DNA of 64,000 bases from Geosiphon pyriformis uo1 (Eukaryota; Fungi; Glomeromycota): positions 493,496-557,495 of the forward strand of contig JAAOMT010000776.1 of NCBI GenBank assembly GCA_016748015.1. The letters run 5' to 3'. Positions 11,137 through 20,986 of this stretch are shown piece after piece. Positions within the stretch are counted from its first letter, which is position 1; each line of letters opens with the position of its first letter. A program made the translations under genes and the position numbers. The notes below the pieces were generated by a model, which made no database searches, was not told the origin of the DNA, and worked only from the letters and a program-made list of their open reading frames with translations.

Positions 11137-14100
11137 TTAAGTGTTCAAGTTGTAAAGCTGTTCAATAACAACTATTGGTTCTAAATTTTGGGGAATGTCT
11201 TCAGGATTGATTAAAGGGAAATGTGTACCAATTTGTGGAATTAATAGTTTAGGATTGTTTCTGGAATTATAGTGTTTCAAACAATCTCTATGTGCAACTT
11301 TTGCTAGAATTTTGTCATTAAGTCTTAGCTTGTATGATCCATTGCCTAAAACTTCATGAATAAAAAATGGTCCATCCCATTTATTTTCAAATTTTCCACT
11401 CCATTGTTTTTCGGCTTTAGTTCTGTGTAAGAGAACTTTGTTTCCAATTTTAAATTCATTGGTGATTGGAGACAATTTGTTATCATGCCATTCTTTTTGT
11501 TAAGCTTGGAAGTGTTCAATATGGGTGGCTGCTATTTGTTGTTTTCCTTCCAATGTGCTAAGCAGAGTGTAGGCTCTTCGTTGAAGTGTTTCTTGGAAAT
11601 TGTTTTCATTGATTGGTTGTGCTGGGTATGTTTTCACTGTGAAACTAATTGGTAATGTTGTTGTCCTTCCGTAAGTTAAATCAAATGGTGTGTGTTTTGT
11701 GGTATCTTGTTTTAGTGTTTTATATGCTAATAACACTGATGGAATAAAGAGATTCCATTCTTGCTCAAAATTGGTTGAAACTTTGGCTAATAATTCACAC
11801 AATGTTCTGTTGAACCATTCTACCAGTCCATTTGTTTGTGGATGGTAGAGTGAAGATAATGGTCTCTTGACATTAAATCATCCACAAATTTTCTGGATTA
11901 AATTGTTCACAAAATGTGTTCCTTGATCAGATAAAAGTTCTATTGGACATCTATGTCTACAAATAATGTCTTCATAGATAAAGTTTGCTACTGATTTTGC
12001 ATCTGCCCGTTGAATGGCTTTGGCTTCAGGCCATTTGATGAGATAGTTTACGGCTACTGCAATATAGTGGTTTCCTTGGTTTGTGATAAGTAGTGGTCCA
12101 ACTAAATTGATACCAACTCTGTCAAAAAGCTGTCCAACTTTGATTGAATTTAAAAGTTCCATAGGGCGAGTTCCTCCTTTTTTTTGACAACTATCACAAG
12201 ATTCGACATATTTGTGAATGTTTTTTCTCATTCGAGGCCAAAAGTAGTATTCTAGGGTTCTTTGGGTGGTGCTGTTTTTTCTGAAGTGGGCTGATGAAGG
12301 ATCTGAGTACATATTGTATAATATAGTCTCTTTTTCCTATTCTTGTATTAATCTGAGTGGTTTGTTTGGGTTTTTGAAATTTCGGTAATAAATAATGTTG
12401 TTGTGTAGAAAATATTGTTTGGCTTGTTGTTGTAGTCGATGTTTTTCATCTGGAAACCAATCTGTTGGGATTGTTAATGTTTCTAAATATTGTTTGAGAT
12501 CATTGTAGTTTTCCGAATTCATTGTTTGTTGGCTCTTTTGGTTGGTTAAGTTGAGTGTTGGTTTTTGTGTTTTTCTAATCTTGTCTTATTCTGGAGAGAC
12601 AGTCAACATTGGTGTGGAGTTTTTCTGGTTTGTAATGTACTATGTATCAATAGTTTGCTAGAAATCCTGTCCATCGGATTTGTTTTGCATTCAGCTGAGT
12701 ATTTTTGTTCTAAAGCCATTTGAGTCCAATATTATCAGTGATAATATCGAATTCTTTAGACCTGAGATAGAGGTTGAAGTGGTGTAGGGCATGGCTGCTG
12801 TTTCTAGTTCTGTGACAGGGTAATTTTTCTCAGCTGGTTTTAATGTTCTGCTAGCATAAGCAATTACTCACTCATTTCTGTTGTCATCTAGTTGTGATAA
12901 GATGGCACCAAAGGCAGTATATGAAGCATCTGTAGCTAGTCAAAATTGGTTGCTGAAATCCAAATAGGCAAGAATTGGAGCTGTTGTCAGTTTTTCCTTG
13001 AGAATTTCAAAAGCTTTTTGGTGTTCGGTAATCTATTTGTATTCAACGTTTTTGGTGGTGAACTGGTTGAGGGGTTTTGCAATTTCCAAAAATCTTTTGA
13101 TAAACTTCCAATAGTAGAATGCTAATCTTATGAATCCTTTTAATTCTGTAGTGTTTTGAGGAGTTTTGAAGTTTTTGACAATGCTGATTTTTCCAGGATC
13201 TGGCTTAATTCCATCTTTACTAACAATATGACCAAGGAAGACCAGGCTTGTTTTTCCAAAGTAGCATTTTTCAATATTGAGTTTTAGTCCTGTTTTTCGT
13301 AATCATTGAAAAACTTCTCGCAGGTGTTTTAAGTGTAATTTGAATGATGAAGAATAAACATCAGTATTGTCAAGATAAATGACTACTGATTTCCAAAGAA
13401 GTTCTTGGTACACAACATCCATTAATCTCTGAAACATTGCTGGTGCATTGCATAATCCAAAAGACATTATATTGAACTCGTAATTTCCACCTTGGGTGGT
13501 GAATGCTGTTTTGGGGCGATCTTTGGGATCCATAGCAACTTGCCAGTAACCATTTTCTAAATCTAGTGTTGAAAAGTATTTGGATTTTCCAAGGGCATCT
13601 AACATGTCATCAATCCGGAGAAGGGGGTAGGCGTCTCCAATTGTAATACTGTTGAGTTGTTGATAGTCAACACAAAATCGGATCTTTTCATTTTTCTTTT
13701 TAACTAGCACTACAGGTAAAGCCCAAGGACTCATGGAGGGTTGGATGAGCCCATTGTTAAGCATTTGTTGTACTTCTTCTCGGATGAATTGGTGGCTTTT
13801 TAGAGCAACTCAATATGCTTGTTGTCTTCTTGGTTTGGCATCTCCTGTATAAATTTGGTGTTGGACCAAATTGGTTCTTCCTAAGTCATTGTTGTTTTCA
13901 GCAAAGATATCGGCAAATTCTGCAATTAGCTCTTTGAGCTGGGTCTGTTGTTGTGGTTCAAGTTGTCCCATGTTGATTCGAGATAGTTTTTTCATGACAA
14001 CATGGTAGTTTTCGGAGCTGGGGTTTGGGTTGATTTTTGGTATTGAATGTCCAATAATTTCAGAGAAATCAGGGACTGTTTGGAGTAATTCTTGTTGAAA

Positions 14101-17100
14101 TATATTACTGTAAATAACTCCAATTTCTAAATTATTTAATAAAATTATGGGGTAATTATTGGGGTTGTAAAAAGTAACTCGGACTTTCTTTGTTCCTTCT
14201 AAAATATAAATGTTTGGGATCAAAATATTATGTTCCAAGCAGACTTGTTCATTAGACTCAAAAATTTGTTGTGTGGTTGTTGGCTTTGGGCAGGTGTAGA
14301 TTTCTGGATGTTCTCCAAAGGGTGAGATGGTAATTGGTTGTGGAAGTCTGAAAATTTGGTGGGATTCGTTCCATGTGTTAAAAGCTATGTTAACTGAAAC
14401 TGTGAATCGTCCAGTTGAACCAAAACTTTGGGTTCCTCTATTGCTTTTTCCTAATTGTTCTCTTTGATTGACTAATTGCAAACCCGAAATGTTGATTAAG
14501 AGTAGGTAAATAACTTGGGCAATTTTTTCAGCATGTTCGATCTTGAATGGTTTGTCAGTTTTATTTTGAAGCATTACTGTAATGTCTCCAGTATATCCAG
14601 CATCGATTATTCCTCCTCTGACATTGATTCTTTTGCTTGCCAGAGAGGACCAGAAGGTAATTTGAACCATTGCTCCTGGCAGGATTTTGAATGCAATTTT
14701 AAGGTTGATTTTTGTGAGAGATTTGGGTTTGAGAACAAGAGTATCCTTGCCTGGATATCTTAAGTCATATCCAGCATCAATTTCGTGTGCTTTTTCAGGT
14801 TTTATTCTTTGTCCATTGTTGTTGAAGTATTTAAGTTGTAAGGCAGGCTAATTTTTAATAAGGTAGATAGGTGTTGTTTCAATTTCATTTGTTGCTTCAG
14901 GTTTTCCAAATTCAATTTCGTTCTCATCATTTTCACTGGGCAAGGGGATACTAAGAGTGTAGCATTCAAGACATCACTGTTCATCACAAAACATAATGCA
15001 TTCTTCACATAGCTTAATGTTCATTTGCTTTAATCATTGAATTTGAGCTTCTTGAGTTGGGTAGATGTGACTTGTAATTTGGTGGTAGACTTTTACTTCG
15101 TCTTCATAATCGAATTCAGCTAATTCCATGGTGTATTCAATGTATTCTGTTTCCTTCATTTGGCAAACATCTTCTTTGGTAGCTCCATTAATTAATGCTA
15201 TTGCTAAGTCGAAAATCATTTCAGCATCATGAGAGTAGTAATAAAGTTTGTTGAAAGCACTGTTGTATGCCGCATTAAAAGGTGTTCCTCTTTTTACTTT
15301 TTCTGAAATTGATAAAGCATATTGGCAGGTCTGATCACAGACTTCTTCTCTCATGACTACATCAATCCGATTGCATTCTTCCAGTAGCATATCTCCACAA
15401 ATCAAACAAGGGGTGTTGTCCCATTTTCCGTTTCTTTTTATTAGATGGCCTCATCATTCTCTATGGCAAGCCTTGCAGTAATAACAAGTATGATTTTTAT
15501 ATTCTTCTTCAGGTAAAATGCAGGCTCCTATTGATGATAGTTTCTTGTGGCAGTCCTTACATTTAAGGAGAATATAGGGGCATTGTTTTTTTGGTTCAGG
15601 TTTTGAGTAAGGGATATTCCATCCAGAGGTTTTGGGTTCAGAGTGTGGGGTAAAATGTTCTTGTTCTGTTTCATCAGCCCAGTTGGACATTGATCTAAGA
15701 GCCATGAATGTTTCAATGAGGGGTTTTTTCTCTTCCAGTTTAAATTCAAAAGCTGGGGCTTTTTCAGAGCATTTGTTGAATGTACCACAAGTGGCAGGTA
15801 CTCAGGCGTGTTGTCCTTGGTAGGAGATTGTTAACTCTTGTGTTTCCCAATTCAGATTAGCATTGGCTTTTTGAAGCCAATCATTTCTGATGAGAACTTA
15901 GTACTGAGGTGCATTTATTACAAGAACTTTGACTGGAATGGTGATTCCATCAAGAGTGAATAGAAAATTGTCAATTTCTCCTACTGGGGTCTTTTTCATG
16001 CCATCGGCAGTGACGATTACTGTTTGAGCTGGTCGGTCGACATTTCTCTTCAACTGTTGCATTAACTGGTAGGTGATAATGCTTCCAGCAGATCTACTGT
16101 CTAGAATCAAGTGAATTGTCTTTCCTTCGACTTTTGCTTCAGTGTACATAGCCGTGATTGCTTTTTGTTCATTGGCAGCTGCATTGCTAAGCAGAGTTGG
16201 TGACTCATTTGCTTCAAACTCAAAAGGGAATATATCTGAAAGGTTAGTGTTTTCAGTGATTCTGGCTGGTGAGATTGTGGTAAGTGTATAGGAAGGATTT
16301 TGTTGTTGTGCTGTAGCTCTACCTTCCGAGGGTGCAGTATAATAAAAATCCTGTTCTTTTGGCATTGTTAAATAACTGGGTTGAGTGTGGTAGTGGTTGG
16401 GTCTTAGTTGAGTGGAATTTCGAGAAACCAATTGGTTATTTGAACTGATTCTATTGTTGTTTACTTGGTATCAGTTTTGTGGTGTGAATTGATTCTGTGT
16501 AAGCAGTCTTCGAGCAGGTACTTGATAATGTTGTGTGAGCAGTTGTTGGTATTGCTGTTGAATTGGCTGTGGGACGGGTTAATAATAGTTATTTTGGTAT
16601 TGGGGTCTTGGTGGATAGTAAGCTGATGGTGGTGGTTGATAATAAGATTGCTGTGGTAGAGGGTAACATTAATTACTTCTATTTTGTTGGTCTCATTGTA
16701 GCTTTCTGCAATCTCTTTTCCAGTGGCCAGAGATTCCACAGTAATGGCAATTTTGAAGCTGGTTATTGGAAAGTGGTGCAAAGTTATTTTGATTTTGTCT
16801 TTGGGGTGATTGATATCTTTGGGGTTGCTGTTGTTGTTGATTAGTGAAATAGTTTTCAACCTTCTTTGTGAGTTGGTTAATTTTTTCCTCAACTGCTGAG
16901 CTGGTTTCTCCAATTGCCAAATTTACAAGTTTTGTGCAATTGGCCTCTTCCATGGCCATTTCATATCTTTTCGCATGCTGTATAGCAGAGTTTAAATCTT
17001 CTGGCACATGTGAGCAAACCTTTTTAATTAGTTTATCTTTTAGACCAGTGATAAATTGATCCAAGATTTGAGCATCGGAATAATAATTGTTTGTTTTGAG

Positions 17101-18186
17101 TTGATGAATTCATCTGAAAAGTTTGTTGAATTTCCCAATATAAGTCATAACAGATTCGGAGGGTTCTTGTTTGATATTTTGAAAACAATTACAAAGGGTG
17201 ATAGAGGTATTATTGTCGGTGAACTGTTCAAGAAAGGCTGCTTTGAAAGCATTCCAATCATTAAATGGAGCAGCCAAGTTTTCAAACCATTCTCTTGCTG
17301 TTCCTTTGAAAAAGTAGGGAATTGTTCTTAACATTCTGGCAGCATTCCATCCATTTGCATCTCCAGCTTTAGTAACTTGGTCAAGCCATTCTTGGAAACT
17401 GGTCTCAATATCTTCTTCATTAAATTCAGAGATTTTTGCAATGTATATTGTCATTTCGTCTTCTTCATTTTTACTGTCTATTGATTCTTCTTCAGTTATT
17501 TCAGAGTTGTTTTCTTTGTTTGCTGCTGTCTCAGAGTGTTCACTTTGATTTTCAGCTAGAAAATCAAGGAGATTGGAACTAGTTTGAAGAGATTTTTGTT
17601 GTCTGGTGGGACTTCTGAGTAATGTAAAATTTTCTGGTCTTGCAAATTGATTTAAGGGTGAATTAGGTGTTTGTGCTTGTACAAGTGAAGCTGAAAAAGG
17701 TGTGATAGTAAGTGGAAGTTTTGAACTGGTTCCTTGTTCAGGTGTTTGTAAATGTTTGACAGTTGTTTTCGATAGTGTTGGAGTATTTGGGGTGGTTCTT
17801 GAATATTGCTTTAATTTGTTTTTGTCTTTGTTGCTTGTTTCTGTTTCCGATTCAAAATCAATAGTGTATTGAGACTGCACTGGATATGTTACTTCACAGT
17901 ATTTGATAATGTTAAAATTAAGTTCATGAAAGTAAGTGGCAAGTGTTTCACTGTTAAGGTCTTCAGTTCCCAACTGTGAATAGTGTGCTAAATTATTGTA
18001 AAGGTTGCTTCTAACTTCTGAGATATTGTAATTTCTAAAAAGATAATTGTTGATGCGGTTTTCAATGTATTGGTATACTGATTTCTTAACAACTTCAATT
18101 CCGTCTGGAATGTTGAATCTTTGCTTGCAGTGGGTGTAAATTGATTGGTAATACTCTAGAGTTGTTGTGTCTAGTGTGGTCGCCAC
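11137..18186 (-). pseudogene. Single-frame gag-pol polyprotein of element C (~2350 codons): N-extension, capsid, CCHC, Q/N linker, PR, Cys-rich module, dUTPase, RT, RH, IN
   Basis: ORF fragments starting at 18186, 17064, 16431, 15705, 15405, 14670, 13764, 12522, 12312, 11802 and 11475 share one frame. Motifs CHYCGISGHWKRDC, LILDS(R/G)SAGS, GGIIDAGYTG, RFCVDY, LDL..GYWQ, YLDN(D), GPFFI. Confidence 0.93.
14410..14800 (-). pseudogene. dUTPase domain of element C
   Basis: All five trimeric dUTPase motifs: DAGYDLRYP, (R)SSLA, GGIIDAGYTG, EKIAQ, RGTQSFGSTG. Confidence 0.92.
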
Positions 18187-18213
18187 TTTGAAGTTGTTTT
18201 TGTTGTATTGTTT

Positions 18214-18231
18214 CCGTGGGAGAGCACCAAA
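18214..18231 (-). promoter_or_regulatory. tRNA primer-binding site of element C
   Basis: TGG-containing TTTGGTGCTCTCCCACGG immediately 3' of the 5' LTR; A and B have TTTGGTGCTCCCTG and TTTGGTGCTTCTTG. Confidence 0.8.
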
Positions 18232-19214
18232 TGTTACTGGATGTTTTTGGTCTCTTTTTTGTAATGTTGTTGATATCTGTTTGCTGTGAATTCACATTTT
18301 CTGGATGTGGTTGAACCTCCAGTAACTGAACTTTCTTTTCAAATTATCTCCTATAATTTGAATTGCTGGGCTTATAAGTGGAATGGCCAATTCCGTGCCA
18401 GTTACTTTATGTAGTTACGTTGTAGTAAATGTCAACTCTTTCCCAGGAATTGCTCGTCTGGAAACTCACTAAAATATATAGTTACTTTGCTGTGAAAGTC
18501 AACTCTTCTACAGAAATCTTGTCTGTAGGCTACCCTAATGATTGTAAATAAGAAAAAAAATAAAAAAATAAAAAAAATGTAAAAGAAATAGAATTCTGTC
18601 AAGAGAAACAGTTTTTATCCAGGCCTGAAGTCACTAACAGTTTACTGAAATTGGTAGCTAATCAATTTCAAAATGTTAGTTGGGTTTTTGAGGATTTTCC
18701 AAGTGCAATAATTTAAAAAGTTTGGTTTTTCGAATTATTTGATATTTATTTCTTTTTGTGTGTGTAAGAATGGTTCTCAGTAATAAATCTAAAGTAAGAT
18801 ACATTTTCTCGAAGAGAGAAGCTTTTTTTTTATACAACTTGTCATAACACTATTCTATGAACTTGAACTTTGCTATTTTCTACAATTTCGCTGAACTAAA
18901 GATACATTTCGGCGAACTACAAGTTATTTCTGCAAACTATTAGATATTTTGATGAACTATCAATTATTTCAGCGAATTTTTATAAATTTTGACAAACTTT
19001 TGAATGTTACATAGTTCAGGGTATTGCCTGATTGATCATCGCAATTAGGTTACATTTGTGTTGTGTACAATTTGGGTTATTAATTAAATAATAATTTCAG
19101 ACATTTTTGCTAATATAATAAGTGATAATTTGAAATGATAATATATGTTAATTAATAATAGGAATTATAAGATAATTTTATGTTAAATAATATCTCTAAT
19201 TTCGTCTGGTAACA
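18232..19214 (-). repeat. 5' LTR of element C (983 bp)
   Basis: Direct repeat of 9373-10328; adjacent PBS; GTGT TSD at the outer end. Confidence 0.96.
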
Positions 19215-20924
19215 GTGTTTTTGTTTACCACAATAGCGGCAAACACACATTTCCTGTTGCCACTGTTGATTGGTCAACAATGATAGATGCAACTGATTCT
19301 GGAAACAATTTGTGTTTCCGGAATTATTGCGTTATTGTAGTGGTTAATAAATTGCATGATTGTCAGTTAAGTATTCTTCTAATTTTTGATTGATGGAATC
19401 ACTAAATTGTTTCAGTTTGAAATCCAATTCAGATAATCCATTCATTACTAAATTAACGGCTTGGGCATGGTTAGCTTCAAGTTCAGCAGCTTCAAAATCT
19501 CTGGCATTTGTAACAGCTGCTTGCAAATCAATGAGATGCATTGGACATATGTGTTGTAGGATGCTACTGCATAATTTGCGAATAAACTGATTTAGGATCT
19601 GGGCTACTGTGAAATAATTGGGGTCAATGGCTTGGATCTGGCACAGATTCCTGTGGAAGCATTCTAAGTAAGTAGTGACTGCTTCATTTTCTCCTTGTTT
19701 AATGGTAGTAAAGGTATTTGCTAGCCTGTTAATGCTGTTATTGTTGCTAAAATATCTTAAGAACTCTATTTTGAATGCATTGAAATCTTGAGGTTTGTTG
19801 ACCAGACTTTGGTATCATAAATTGGCGGTATCCTGGAGAAAATATGGAATGGCTTGCATGGCTCTGGTGGTATTTTATCTATTAACTGCTATGGCTTTTT
19901 CTATGTTATTAAGCCATACTTAGATGTTATTCTCTTTGCCAGTGAATTTCTCAAGTTTTGTTATTGGAGTGTAGACTATTGGATACAAGTTTGGTGGTTG
20001 AAGTTGTTATTGCAGCTGTGGAAGCGGCTGCTATAGTAGTTGTGGTGGTTGAAGTGGCTGTTGTTGCCGTTCATTGATTGGTAGAGCTGGGGGTGGATTG
20101 ATTACAATTACTGGAGATAAGTATTGTTAATTATTAATGTTGGGGTTTTGATCATTCTGATTGTGCTGTGTTTGAAAATTTGGAGTTTCAATTTTCGGGT
20201 TTTCTGGGATCAGGTTCTAGTAAGTAAATTCTTGATCTTCAGATTCTTCTTCTTCTTCCTGTTTTTCTTCCAATTCTGTTAATTCTCAGAGACTCGTGAT
20301 TCTGAAATCTGGCTGTAGTGGCAGTGATTGGAATCCTGATGGCGTTGGTGATTGCAATTTAAATCCTTTAAAGTAATCATTGTATGGTCCTAATAACTCT
20401 GCTTTTCATTGTTTACTTTGAAATAGGAAGTATCTAAAGGTTGATGTTGCGTTTAATGTAGACGCATCTGTTAATAAGATGTTGATGGCACTTCTGGACA
20501 TATAATAATATGATGGATTGATAGGTGATTCAACTTGGGTTTTCTTCCAATTGAGTGGTTGGATTTGTTTTGGTGTTATTACTGGGGTTTGCAATCTTCC
20601 TTTGCCTTTATCTGCATAGATGATAGGGAATTGTTGTTGGGTATACTTTTCAATAGTTTAATTGATTTCCTTAATAATTGGTGTAAAACTGTAGTTTCTT
20701 GGTAAGCTGGTATGTTGAAATAATTCTGTATAAAAGTTTTCCCTTGTTGATTCAATGTTAACTGTTTTTCCTAAGCAATCTGTGATTTTATTATTGATGT
20801 AAAAGTTAAAGACTGATTCTGCTGGGAAATGATTATTGTTTAATTCTAATTGTTGACTGTACTATTGAAATAAGGATTTGGCAAATCCTAAATGGTTTGT
20901 CCTTATGATTTCTGATTCTGCCAC
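19215..20924 (-). pseudogene. Decayed gag of element B
   Basis: Retrotransposon-gag-like segments (AMQAIPYFLQDTANL, ARDFEAAELEANHAQAVNL) and the first half of a CCHC knuckle at the junction with element C. Confidence 0.88.
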
Positions 20925-20986
20925 TTTTAGATGATTGTTGATGGTGCTGGTTTTCTGTAGAATTATATCTCACAAGAAGCACCAAA

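Larger units (their letters stand above)
9373..19214 (-). mobile_element. Full-length Ty3/Gypsy element C (youngest, innermost), inserted in the Gag zinc knuckle of element B
   Basis: LTRs 9373-10328 and 18232-19214; perfect 4-bp TSD GTGT (9369-9372 / 19215-19218); PBS TTTGGTGCTCTCCCACGG; PPT GAGGAGGAGGTTA. Removing it restores C-RY-C-GKQK-H-LQIN-C in B. Confidence 0.96.

Noticed and set aside
16400-16700. Gag-pol ribosomal frameshift site
   Set aside because: Gag and pol fragments of element C are in the same frame, so no frameshift is needed.
11137-18186. Programmed stop-codon readthrough or an alternative genetic code to explain many in-frame stops
   Set aside because: Stops mostly differ in position between homologous copies C and E, all three stop types occur, and each is one transition from CAA/CAG/CGA/TGG; host genes use the standard code.
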